From: Elusimicrobiota bacterium
Lineage (GTDB): Bacteria > CG03 > SLGR01 > JBDRKX01
Length of the DNA: 28,245 nt
Reading direction: 5' to 3'
Assembly: GCA_043813605.1 (NCBI GenBank)
Contig: JBDRKX010000094.1
Span: forward strand, 1 to 28,245
Both the position numbers and the translations under genes were made by a program. The first letter of the stretch is position 1, and every line of letters starts with the position of its first letter. The notes beneath the pieces were generated by a model. It saw nothing but the letters and a program-made list of their open reading frames with translations. It made no database searches and was not told where the DNA came from. Shown here piece after piece: positions 18,578 to 27,091 of the stretch.

Positions 18578-18928
18578 ATGCATATTTATATTGGTAATCT
18601 TAAATTAAAGACAAAAGATGATCATCTCAGAAAACTATTCGAAAAATACGGCAAAGTAGATTCAGCTAATGTGTATAAAGATATTTTCAGCGGTATGTAT
18701 GAAGCTATGGGATTCGTAGAAATGCCTGCAAAGAAAGAAGCACAAACTGCTATATCTGAGCTTGACGGAAAAACATTCCGCGGAACAAAAATTATTGTGC
18801 ACAAGTCACGTGAAAAGGAAGATGACAGGCGCAATAAACTGGAAAATGTGTCTGATGACGAACGTCGCAGCGGAGATGACCGCAGATATAAGAAGAAACA
18901 TATAGATATAGACAGCCTGGATATATGA
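18578..18928 (+). CDS. RRM (RNP) RNA-binding protein
   Basis: RNP2 IYIGNL and RNP1-like MGFVEM, with a charged C-terminal tail. RBS AAGGAG. Confidence 0.9.
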   Translation: MHIYIGNLKLKTKDDHLRKLFEKYGKVDSANVYKDIFSGMYEAMGFVEMPAKKEAQTAISELDGKTFRGTKIIVHKSREKEDDRRNKLENVSDDERRSGDDRRYKKKHIDIDSLDI

Positions 18929-19043
18929 AACCCGCCATTTTACAATATAATAATTTCACAGCAGCAAATCCGAATATACCGCAGTCACCTTTTTTTCAGG
19001 AGTTTATATAAGATGGTAACAGCAATATAAAAAATCAAAGGAC

Positions 19044-19913
19044 ATGGTAATAAGAGGCAGAATAATCAGGCCTCCGTCTGAGGCGGAGAATTTCCTTCTG
19101 CAGGTAACAACAGGATGTTCTTCAGATAACTGTACTTTTTGCGGCGCATATGCTGATAAACCTTTCTCGATAAAAACATACGAAGAGATAGTAACAGATA
19201 TAGAAACAGGTTCCCGAATGTATCCTGGAATAAGACGGGTATTTCTTCTTGACGGCGATGCGCTCGCAGTACCTAACAGGCGTCTTATACCTGTATTGAA
19301 AAAACTGGGTGAATCTTTCACAGGTATTACCAGGATATCCAGTTATGTAAACGGTTATAATATAACTAACAGGAGTGACACTGAAATAGAAGAACTGTAC
19401 ACTGATAAACTGAGGCTTGTTTATATAGGGCTTGAAAGCGGGAGTCAGAAGATACTCGATATCTGCCGGAAACGTTCCGGTGTAAAGGAGATGACAGATG
19501 CTGTGATTCGTATGAAAAGAGCGGGTATAAAATCTTCAGTAATAGTTCTTCTCGGTCTTGGAGGCAAAGAGCATTCAGAGGAACACGTATATGAAACCGT
19601 TAAAGCGCTTAATAGGATGCAGCCGAGGTATCTTTCACTGCTTACTGTTATGCTTATTCCCGGAACCGGTTTATGGAAACAGGCAAGGCGGGGGGATTTT
19701 GAAGAACTGGACAGTACCGGTTTACTGAATGAGGCATATGGCATAGTAAAAGGTCTGGCTTTGGAAGGAACTGTGTTCCGGTCCAATCATGCATCTAATT
19801 ATCTTTCGATCGAAGGCAAGCTGCCGCGGGACAGAAAGAGTATCCTGGATAAGCTGGAAAAAGGTATTTACGGGACTATCAAATTAAGACCCGAATATCT
19901 GAGAGGATTATAG
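19044..19913 (+). CDS. Radical SAM protein, function unknown
   Basis: IIRPPSEA, GCSSDNCTFC (Cx4Cx2C), FLLDGDAL, YIGLESG and FRSNHASNY. Confidence 0.9.
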   Translation: MVIRGRIIRPPSEAENFLLQVTTGCSSDNCTFCGAYADKPFSIKTYEEIVTDIETGSRMYPGIRRVFLLDGDALAVPNRRLIPVLKKLGESFTGITRISSYVNGYNITNRSDTEIEELYTDKLRLVYIGLESGSQKILDICRKRSGVKEMTDAVIRMKRAGIKSSVIVLLGLGGKEHSEEHVYETVKALNRMQPRYLSLLTVMLIPGTGLWKQARRGDFEELDSTGLLNEAYGIVKGLALEGTVFRSNHASNYLSIEGKLPRDRKSILDKLEKGIYGTIKLRPEYLRGL

Positions 19914-19921
19914 GGGAACAT

Positions 19922-20377
19922 ATGAGATATACACAGGCTGAATATGGGCGAGTCTTCATTATAAGGCTTGAAGACGGTGATATACTGCATGAATCCATTG
20001 AAAAATTCGCAATTGAAAAAAATATCAAAGCTGCCGGTGTGATTATGGTAGGCGGAGCTGACAGGGACAGTAGTCTTGTAGTGGGTCCCGAAGAAGGGAG
20101 AAGCGAACATATAAAACCTGTAAAATATATGCTGGAAGATGTGCATGAAATAGCCGGTGTGGGAACTATTTTTCCGCGAGAAAACGGCCAGCCGGTACTT
20201 CATATGCATGCAGCATGCGGCCGCGGTGATAACTCAATAACAGGTTGTGTCCGGAGCGGTGTAAAAATATGGCATATAGGCGAGGTCATTATTTTTGAAA
20301 TCACGGGTACGGATGCATACAGAAAAAAAGATGCTGCAACAGGTTTTGAGCTTCTTGATCCCGGAAAATTGAAATAA
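19922..20377 (+). CDS. PPC/DUF296 domain protein
   Basis: Motifs GRVFIIRLEDG, EIAGVGTI and LHMHAACGR. Confidence 0.88.
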   Translation: MRYTQAEYGRVFIIRLEDGDILHESIEKFAIEKNIKAAGVIMVGGADRDSSLVVGPEEGRSEHIKPVKYMLEDVHEIAGVGTIFPRENGQPVLHMHAACGRGDNSITGCVRSGVKIWHIGEVIIFEITGTDAYRKKDAATGFELLDPGKLK

Positions 20378-20415
20378 AATAGATAATTTTATAATAGTAA
20401 GAAAGGAATGTAAAT

Positions 20416-20967
20416 ATGGTTGAATTTATAGGTTTCAGTGAAGGTGTCGAAGTAAACGGACAGACAGTTATGTCTATTGTCGACGGTATGGGTGTGTTCA
20501 AGGAAACAGCATACAGAATATTGAAAGATAACGGCATAGACGATCCTGAACCGGGGATGTGGTATTCACAGCAGTCATGGCTCGATGCGTTTAAGACCAT
20601 TTCGGAAAATGTCGGCGAAAATACTCTTTATCAGGTAGGAAAAAAAATACCCGCAAATGCAGATTGGCCGCCGGGAATAAAGACTATCCATGAAGCTCTG
20701 GATTCTGTAAATAAGGCATATCATATGAATCACAGAGGAGGAGAGATAGGTTATTACAGATACGAAAAGACAGGAGAAAATTCCGGTAAGATGATATGCT
20801 GTAATCCCTATCCCTGTGACTTTGACAGGGGAATAATAGAGGCTGTTGCTGTGAAGTTCCGGCCCGCCGGTTCTTTTATCAGAGTTGAACATACAGACAA
20901 TGAAAAATGCAGAAAGAAAGGCCAGGAAATATGTGTCTATAATGTTTCCTGGAAAACACTTTTGTAA
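20416..20967 (+). CDS. Hypothetical protein, V4R-like small-ligand-binding fold
   Basis: The pattern NPYPCDFDRGII...EH...CRKKG...CVYNVSW resembles the V4R Cys arrangement. Confidence 0.65.
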   Translation: MVEFIGFSEGVEVNGQTVMSIVDGMGVFKETAYRILKDNGIDDPEPGMWYSQQSWLDAFKTISENVGENTLYQVGKKIPANADWPPGIKTIHEALDSVNKAYHMNHRGGEIGYYRYEKTGENSGKMICCNPYPCDFDRGIIEAVAVKFRPAGSFIRVEHTDNEKCRKKGQEICVYNVSWKTLL

Positions 20968-21071
20968 TTAAACCTGTTTTTTTATACTATTGTATTATCA
21001 ATTGAAATATTACATAATAAACCTGTAGTTAACATCTTAGTTAGATTATTTTCATTGTAGCGGAGGTTTTA

Positions 21072-21542
21072 ATGGGTAAAACATATATGAGCAGGGAAGG
21101 ATACGAAAAGCTTAAAAAGGAACTTGAGTATCTACAAACTGAAAAAAAACCTGCAATATCAGCGAGGATAGGTGTTGCAAGAGAACACGGGGACTTGAAA
21201 GAGAATTTTGAATACACGGCAGCCAAGGAAGCGCTGACACAGGTGATGATAAGAATAAGGGACATAACGATGAAGCTGAGCACAGCTGAGCTGATAGAAG
21301 ATGCGGATATAGCTTCGGACAAGGTGTATATAGGAGCCACTGTGTTGGTTACTGATGAAGATACCGGTGAAGAAGAGAAGTATCAACTTGTATGCGAAGA
21401 TGAAGTAGATGCTCTGGAGGGAAAGATATCCGTCGAATCCCCTATTGCAAAAGGGCTTCTCGGACACAAAGAAGGAGACATTGTCGAGATACAGGTACCT
21501 GCCGGAATATTGAAATATAAGATAACGGATATATCGAGGTGA
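21072..21542 (+). CDS. greA: Transcription elongation factor GreA (low-GC copy)
   Basis: Motifs AREHGDLKENFEYTAAKE and ISVESPIAKGLLG. Confidence 0.96.
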   Translation: MGKTYMSREGYEKLKKELEYLQTEKKPAISARIGVAREHGDLKENFEYTAAKEALTQVMIRIRDITMKLSTAELIEDADIASDKVYIGATVLVTDEDTGEEEKYQLVCEDEVDALEGKISVESPIAKGLLGHKEGDIVEIQVPAGILKYKITDISR

Positions 21543-21581
21543 TGTCTGTATTTTATCTGTAACGCGAATAAGGAGTGAACA

Positions 21582-21956
21582 ATGCCTAAAAAAATAATGA
21601 TAGTAGAAGATTCACACAGTATAAACGAGATCATCAAGAATGTACTGGAAGATGCGGGGTATGAAGCAGTACCAGTATATACCGGTGTGGAAGCGACAAG
21701 GACCGCTCCTAAAGAAAAACCTGATCTTATACTGCTTGATATACTTCTTCCCGGCGGAAACGGCGAAGTCGTTTATTCACAGTTGAAGCAGCTCTATGTT
21801 ACAAAAGACAAACCAATAATCATTATAACTTCTGAAGATCCGGCAAACCTGGCTGAATTTATATTAAGAACCGGTTTTGATGAGAATGACATTCTCTTTA
21901 AACCATTGGATTTTGACAAACTTCTGAAAAAAATATCGGAACTTATGCCGGCATAA
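21582..21956 (+). CDS. Single-domain response regulator (REC), copy 1
   Basis: Motifs IMIVED, PDLILLD, IIITS and FKP. Confidence 0.93.
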   Translation: MPKKIMIVEDSHSINEIIKNVLEDAGYEAVPVYTGVEATRTAPKEKPDLILLDILLPGGNGEVVYSQLKQLYVTKDKPIIIITSEDPANLAEFILRTGFDENDILFKPLDFDKLLKKISELMPA

Positions 21957-21984
21957 CAGGATAAAAAGTAGAGAGGAGCGGACT

Positions 21985-22365
21985 ATGAGCGACAAAAAAA
22001 GAGTATTGATAATCGAAGATGATGTTACAATGAATAATCTGCTGAAAAAGGTTGTTGAAAAAGAAGGTTATGAATGTGTTTCTGCATATAACGGACTGGA
22101 AGCTGTTAATATGGCTAAAACAGAAAAAGCTGACCTGATACTTCTTGACCTGATATTGCCGATGGGAAGAGGGGAAGTAGTGTATGCCCAGTTGAAACAG
22201 CTTTTTGCCACAAAAGATACGCCTATTCTTATAATAACCGCAGAAGACCTTGATTACCTGGTCGAATTCGTAGCAAGCAGGAATATTCCCGAAGAAAACG
22301 TATTTACCAAGCCGGTTAATTTTGAGCAGCTTATAGCTAGGATAAAACAGCTTATGCCGGAATAA
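21985..22365 (+). CDS. Single-domain response regulator (REC), copy 2
   Basis: Motifs VLIIEDD, DLILLD, IITA and TKP. Confidence 0.93.
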   Translation: MSDKKRVLIIEDDVTMNNLLKKVVEKEGYECVSAYNGLEAVNMAKTEKADLILLDLILPMGRGEVVYAQLKQLFATKDTPILIITAEDLDYLVEFVASRNIPEENVFTKPVNFEQLIARIKQLMPE

Positions 22366-22411
22366 AGACTGATTGCAGCCGGACAGGTATAATATTTTGG
22401 AGAAATAAACA

Positions 22412-22789
22412 ATGAGTCAAAAAAAAGTTCTTATCGTTGATGATGATATAAATGTAAATAAAATGCTGAAAAATGTGATAGAGGGAGAAGGTTTTGAATG
22501 TATTTCTGCATACAACGGGCAGGAGGCAGTGAATGTGGCTAAATCCGAGAGGCCGGCCCTGATATTGCTTGATTTGATCCTACCAATTGGAAGAGGAGAA
22601 GTCGTGTATGCCCAATTAAAACAGCTTTTAGTCACAAAGGATATACCGATTCTTATATTAACTGGAGAAATGCTTGTTAATGTAGCTGAATTCGTAGCAA
22701 GCAGGAATATTCCCGAAGAAAACGTATTTACCAAGCCGGTTAATTTTGAGCAGCTCATAGTAAGGATAAAACAGCTTATTCCAGAATAA
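22412..22789 (+). CDS. Single-domain response regulator (REC), copy 3
   Basis: Motifs VLIVDDD, LILLD, ILTG and TKP. Confidence 0.93.
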   Translation: MSQKKVLIVDDDINVNKMLKNVIEGEGFECISAYNGQEAVNVAKSERPALILLDLILPIGRGEVVYAQLKQLLVTKDIPILILTGEMLVNVAEFVASRNIPEENVFTKPVNFEQLIVRIKQLIPE

Positions 22790-22839
22790 ATGACAGCTGC
22801 AAAACAGGTCAGGTATATAAGGTTTCTAAGAGGAAAACG

Positions 22840-23217
22840 ATGAGTGATAAAAAAGTTCTTATCGTTGATGATGATATCACGCTGAACAAGCTGATGAAAG
22901 AAGTGATCGAAAACGAAGGATATGCATGTATATCTGCTTTTGACGGCATGGATGCGGTTAATAAAGCAAAGGAAGAGAAACCTGATATAATACTGCTTGA
23001 TATGACATTGCCTATGGGAAGAGGCGAAGTGGTTTTTGCACAATTGAAACAGCTCATATTTACAAGAAATATCCCAATACTGATAATAACATCAGAAACT
23101 CTTGAGAATCTTGCAGATTTTATTGTTAAAAAGGATATTGACGAAAAGGATGTTTTCCTGAAACCTGTTAAATTCGATGCAGTTAAAAGCAGGGTTAATT
23201 TCTACCTTTCGGAGTAA
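22840..23217 (+). CDS. Single-domain response regulator (REC), copy 4
   Basis: Motifs VLIVDDD, PDIILLD, IITS and LKP. Confidence 0.93.
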   Translation: MSDKKVLIVDDDITLNKLMKEVIENEGYACISAFDGMDAVNKAKEEKPDIILLDMTLPMGRGEVVFAQLKQLIFTRNIPILIITSETLENLADFIVKKDIDEKDVFLKPVKFDAVKSRVNFYLSE

Positions 23218-23320
23218 TGATATTTAATTAATCTTGGCACAAAGAAAGGCGGATTGATTTTTTTCTCTGAAATTTATAAAATCAAAACAGTTTCTTACTG
23301 ATATGTTTATTTCTTATAGT

Positions 23321-23397
23321 CGGGGTGTGGCTCAGTTTGGTAGAGCGCTGCGTTCGGGACGCAGAGGCCGTGGGTTCAAATCCCGCCGTCCCGACCA
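23321..23397 (+). tRNA. tRNA-Pro (anticodon CGG), at the GC-content junction and possibly hybrid
   Basis: Anticodon arm CTGCG-TTCGGGA-CGCAG, T-loop TTCAAAT, 3' end ACCA. The acceptor CGGGGTG/CGTCCCG has two adjacent wobble pairs. Confidence 0.95.
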
Positions 23398-23410
23398 TCC
23401 ACGTAACCGA

Positions 23411-23438
23411 GGCAGGCATGGCGGTCGCCGGGCCTGCC
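23411..23438 (+). terminator. GC-rich hairpin downstream of tRNA-Pro
   Basis: Outer stem GGCAGGC...GCCTGCC followed by a weak pyrimidine tail (ATTCTCTC). Confidence 0.5.
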
Positions 23439-23461
23439 ATTCTCTCACCGGAGGTGGACCG

Positions 23462-24148
23462 ATGCTCGAGGAGCTTCTGCATTGGCTCGGCTTCGGTCTC
23501 TGTCACCAACTCCCGGAGCGCTCATTCTTCGGCGGGGGCGTGCAGGTCCCCGTGTGCGCCCGGGACACGGGGATATACCTGGGGTTCGCGGTCTCACTCT
23601 TGGTGATCGCCGTCGTCTCGAGAGGCCGCAGACCGCAGGAGACGCCGCGGCTGTGGCTCGTGCTGGTCGGTCTCGTGTTCCTGGGCTCCATGGCGCTCGA
23701 CGGCGTGTCGTCCTATGCCGGCTTCAGGGAGACCACCAACGGCATCCGTCTGATCACGGGGATCCTTGCCGGGTACAGCTTGACGTTGGCGTTCGCTCCG
23801 ATCCTCAACGGGCAGCTATGGCGCAGGCCCGGTCCGGAGCGGGTACTCGGGCGCGGGAGCGAGGCGATCGTATGGCTCGTGACGGTGCCGCTCCTGTTCG
23901 TGCTCGTCAGCGGGGTCCTTCCCGTGCTGGGCGTGGTCTATCCGGTGCTCGTGGCCGCGGGCATCCTGTTCACGTTCTCCGCCGTGAACCTGGCCATCGT
24001 GTGCCTCTTGCCACCGTTCGAGAATCGTTACGACCGACTGCGGCAGGCGTGGCTGCCCATCGTGTTGTCGCTTTGCCTCACGGCGGCGGAACTCTGGGTC
24101 ACGGGATCCGCGCGGGCGGTCCTGGAGCGAATGGCGGGTTTAGCGTGA
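23462..24148 (+). CDS. DUF2085 family membrane protein
   Basis: Motifs LCHQLPERSF, PVCARDTGIYLG and TNGIRLITG. A GGAGGT RBS precedes ATG 23462. Confidence 0.85.
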   Translation: MLEELLHWLGFGLCHQLPERSFFGGGVQVPVCARDTGIYLGFAVSLLVIAVVSRGRRPQETPRLWLVLVGLVFLGSMALDGVSSYAGFRETTNGIRLITGILAGYSLTLAFAPILNGQLWRRPGPERVLGRGSEAIVWLVTVPLLFVLVSGVLPVLGVVYPVLVAAGILFTFSAVNLAIVCLLPPFENRYDRLRQAWLPIVLSLCLTAAELWVTGSARAVLERMAGLA

Positions 24149-24213
24149 GGACCGGGCTCACGTCTGGTATCTTGAGACCCAGGACGTACCACGTATTCCC
24201 CTAGGGGGCTCGG

Positions 24214-24459
24214 ATGTATACCAACAAGGATGCCGTGATGGTCATGATCGTCACAGAGATGTTCCGCATCGAGGGGACGCTCCACGTCCTCATGGGAAGC
24301 CGGCTGACCGATGCGCTGAACTCGAAGACGAAGGATTTCCTGGCGGTGACGGAAGCCAAGATCTACTCTCTGGCGGACGACAAGCTTGTGTACGAACCCG
24401 AGTACATCGCCGTGAACAGGGACTCGATCTCCTGCATCTTCCCGCTCGAGGAGACGTAG
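24214..24459 (+). CDS. Small hypothetical protein (DUF6812-like)
   Basis: 81 aa with the pattern RIEGTLH...RLTDALN...FLAVTEA...IAVNR and GC3-rich codon usage. Confidence 0.7.
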   Translation: MYTNKDAVMVMIVTEMFRIEGTLHVLMGSRLTDALNSKTKDFLAVTEAKIYSLADDKLVYEPEYIAVNRDSISCIFPLEET

Positions 24460-24469
24460 ACCGGCCGAA

Positions 24470-24505
24470 GACCCAGACTCGCCGATAGGTGAGGGTCCCT
24501 TCTTC
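24470..24505 (+). terminator. Hairpin with pyrimidine tail
   Basis: GACC(CAGA)CTCGCC-GATA-GGTGAGGGTC followed by CCTTCTTC, just after the stop codon. Confidence 0.45.
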
Positions 24506-24600
24506 ATCTCCCCAGGCTTCGATGACGACTCCCGTGCCACCCGGCAGCCGACCCGGCACACCGGGTATAGTCAGGGAGAGCGTCCGCACGGGAGGTGCGC

Positions 24601-25407
24601 ATGATCCCCATCATCTGCTTCACGTCCGATTTCGGCCTGGAGGACTCGTGGGTGGGTGTCTGTCATGCGACCATCTACCGGGCGACACCCCAGGTTCGAG
24701 TCGTCGATCTCGCGCATCAGATCGAGCCCTACGACATCCGGAAGGGAGCGTTCGTGGCTGCGTCCGGCGTGTGGCAGTTGCCGAAGGCGATCCACCTGGT
24801 GGCGGTCGATCCCGGGGTTGGAGGCGGGCGCCATGACGTCGTGCTCGTCACCGGGGCGGGATCTTGCCTCGTCGGGCCCGACAACGGAGTCCTCATGCTG
24901 GCCACGTGGCGTGCAGGAGGCGTGGCCGAGGCCTACGCCATCGACCCGCGTGCCCTGCGTCCCAGGCCGCCTCTGGCGACCTTCCACGCCCGTGACGTGC
25001 TGGCTCCCGCCGCTGCCACGCTGGCGAGCGGGGTGGACGCCTCGGCGTTGGGCGAGCCGATCGACCCGGACGGACTGATCCCCGCTCCGTTCACGCCGAC
25101 CGTCGGGGAGGGAGACACCATCTCGACAGAGGTGCTCGATGTCGACCGGTTCGGCTCGGTGCGCATGGGCATCTCCTCTGCGGACGTCGAAGAACTCGGG
25201 GTGAAGGGACTCGGACTCGAGCTGAGCGTGGGGCAGGTGAGCCTCTCAGTCCCGTTCGGTGCGACCTTCTCGGACGTGGGACGCGGAGAGCCCGTGGCCG
25301 TCGTGGACTCCTCGGGGTGGCTGACGTTGGCGGTCCGAGAGGGACACGCCTCGGAGCGTTTCGGGATCGAGACCGGCATGGTCGTGAGTGTGCGACGGAC
25401 GACCTGA
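24601..25407 (+). CDS. SAM hydroxide adenosyltransferase (DUF62; SAM hydrolase/halogenase family)
   Basis: Motifs TSDFG, VDPGVG...R, VGPDNG, TFHARD and VDRFG. RBS GGAGG at 24591. Confidence 0.92.
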   Translation: MIPIICFTSDFGLEDSWVGVCHATIYRATPQVRVVDLAHQIEPYDIRKGAFVAASGVWQLPKAIHLVAVDPGVGGGRHDVVLVTGAGSCLVGPDNGVLMLATWRAGGVAEAYAIDPRALRPRPPLATFHARDVLAPAAATLASGVDASALGEPIDPDGLIPAPFTPTVGEGDTISTEVLDVDRFGSVRMGISSADVEELGVKGLGLELSVGQVSLSVPFGATFSDVGRGEPVAVVDSSGWLTLAVREGHASERFGIETGMVVSVRRTT

Positions 25408-25501
25408 GCGCCGGGGATACCTGACTATGCGGCCTGGTACAATCCTCTCTGCGTGCAGAGACGAGCGACGCGCCGACCATGACCGATAGAGAGGCACACC
25501 C

Positions 25502-26296
25502 ATGGACCATCCCCGGGCCGAGATAGGCGTCTTCGGCGGCAGTGGGTTCTACTCGCTGCTGGACGATCCGCGTGAGGTGGAGATCGACACGCCGTACGGT
25601 CCTCCGTCGGCGTCGGCGATGATCGGTGAGATAGGCGGCCGTGCGGTCGCATTCATCCCTCGCCACGGGAAGGACCACTCGATCCCGCCGCACATGATCG
25701 ACTACCGGGCGAACGTCTGGGCCATGAAGTCCTTGGGCGTCGGTCGCATCGTCGGACCGTGCGCCGCGGGCTCCCTGCAGGCGCACGTGGACCGGGGTGA
25801 CTTCGTGATCTCGGACCAGTTCGTCGATCGCACGAGCGGCCGGAAGGACACGTTCTACGACGGTCCCACGACGACACACGTATCAGCCGCCGACCCGTAC
25901 TGCCCCACGATGCGGCAGGTCGCGATCGAGGGATGCAGGAGCCTCGGCATCCCTGTGCACGAGACCGGCACGATCGTGGTGATACAGGGACCGCGGTTCT
26001 CCACCCGGGCGGAGTCCAGGTGGTTCGCCTCCCAGGGTTGGGAGGTCATCAACATGACGCAGTATCCGGAAGGCTATCTCGCCCTCGAGCAGGAGATCTG
26101 CTACTGCAACATCGCGCTGATCACCGATCACGACGCGGGGGCTGAAGGGGTCGCCCCCGTCACGAACGAGGACGTCATCCGCACGTTCAACGAGAACAAC
26201 GAGAAGCTCCGGGACCTGTTGTACGAGATGATCCCGGCACTCCCGGAGACGCGCGACTGTGCCTGCGCGCGCGCCCTGGAAGGCGCGACGTTCTAG
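25502..26296 (+). CDS. mtnP: S-methyl-5'-thioadenosine phosphorylase
   Basis: Motifs GGSG, TPYGPPS, PRHG, YRAN, GPRFSTRAES, INMT and TDHD. Confidence 0.93.
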   Translation: MDHPRAEIGVFGGSGFYSLLDDPREVEIDTPYGPPSASAMIGEIGGRAVAFIPRHGKDHSIPPHMIDYRANVWAMKSLGVGRIVGPCAAGSLQAHVDRGDFVISDQFVDRTSGRKDTFYDGPTTTHVSAADPYCPTMRQVAIEGCRSLGIPVHETGTIVVIQGPRFSTRAESRWFASQGWEVINMTQYPEGYLALEQEICYCNIALITDHDAGAEGVAPVTNEDVIRTFNENNEKLRDLLYEMIPALPETRDCACARALEGATF

Positions 26297-26388
26297 GATC
26301 GTCGGCTGCGTGACCCCCTGAAGGTCTGCTTTCCGCCGACCGGTTAGGCGAACGGCCGGAAACGCCCCCTGAGTGGCATCGAGAATCC

Positions 26389-26412
26389 TGTAACCATTGT
26401 TACAATTAACAA
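26389..26412 (+). promoter_or_regulatory. Overlapping palindromes and extended -10 upstream of rex (candidate autoregulatory site)
   Basis: TGTAAC-CATT-GTTACA (26389-26404) and TTGTTA-CAAT-TAACAA (26397-26412), with TGnTACAAT at 26398-26406. Confidence 0.55.
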
Positions 26413-26437
26413 GAAACTGTTCGGAGGGGGATCCGGC

Positions 26438-27091
26438 GTGAGCAGGCTCGTCGACGACCAGATACCCGAAGGAGTGATCGAGCGTTTACCGCTGTACCTG
26501 AACGCGCTGATCCAGCTGCGTCAGGAAGGTGAGCCTATCGCGTCATCGGCCGTACTCGGCGCACTCTCCGAGACCAATCCCGCGCAGATCCGTCGCGATC
26601 TCACACATTTCGGGTCCTTCGGCAAGCGCGGCATCGGGTACGACACCGTCACGCTCATCGATCGGATTCAGAAGATCCTCGGCAGCGATCATACACACAG
26701 GGTCGCGTTGGTGGGCGGGGGACACCTGGGTCAGGCGATCGCCAGCCACGATGGTCTTCCCAGGCACGGGTTCCACCTGTCAGCCGCCTTCGACACCGAC
26801 CCTCACAAGGTGGGCACGGCTATCGGGGATGCGTTCATCCAGGACGTGACCGAACTCGAGAGGACCATCACCGACCAATCCATCCGGATCGCCGTCATGG
26901 CCGTGCCACCCAAGGCCGCTCAGGAAGTGGCCGATCGGCTGGTAGCTGCGGGTGTGCGCGTGATCATCAACTACACGCCTCAGATCGTGAAGGTGCCTCC
27001 CGAGGTGACACTGCACAACACCGACCCCGTGCAGGAGCTCTTGCACACGCTGTACTACTTGTCGCGCCAAGAGGGCGTAGCGCACGCGTAG
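26438..27091 (+). CDS. rex: Redox-sensing transcriptional repressor Rex
   Basis: Motifs IP..VIERLPLY, QIRRDLTHFGSFGKRGIGY, VGGGHLG and AAQEVADRLV. Confidence 0.96.
   Translation: MSRLVDDQIPEGVIERLPLYLNALIQLRQEGEPIASSAVLGALSETNPAQIRRDLTHFGSFGKRGIGYDTVTLIDRIQKILGSDHTHRVALVGGGHLGQAIASHDGLPRHGFHLSAAFDTDPHKVGTAIGDAFIQDVTELERTITDQSIRIAVMAVPPKAAQEVADRLVAAGVRVIINYTPQIVKVPPEVTLHNTDPVQELLHTLYYLSRQEGVAHA

Noticed and set aside
18375..18608. 77-aa ORF, and the similar ORFs 18121-18354 and 4894-5277
   Set aside because: They overlap tRNA genes and show no protein motifs.
19044..19913. Radical SAM enzyme as the missing AmmeMemoRadiSam partner
   Set aside because: It is about 10 kb away and has a different family signature (IIRPPSEA, Cx4Cx2C). 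It lacks the N-terminal Cys-rich segment typical of that partner.
21582..23217. CRISPR-like or DGR-like repeats
   Set aside because: The repeats are in-frame parts of paralogous genes. There is no spacer pattern, no adenine-specific mismatch pattern and no RT or cas gene.
23303..23461. N-terminal extension of the DUF2085 ORF in the ORF track
   Set aside because: It runs through the tRNA-Pro gene. A GGAGGT RBS supports ATG 23462 instead.
24601..25407. Fluorinase or chlorinase
   Set aside because: It retains the hydrolase-type Asp-Arg-His residues, and no secondary-metabolite genes are nearby.
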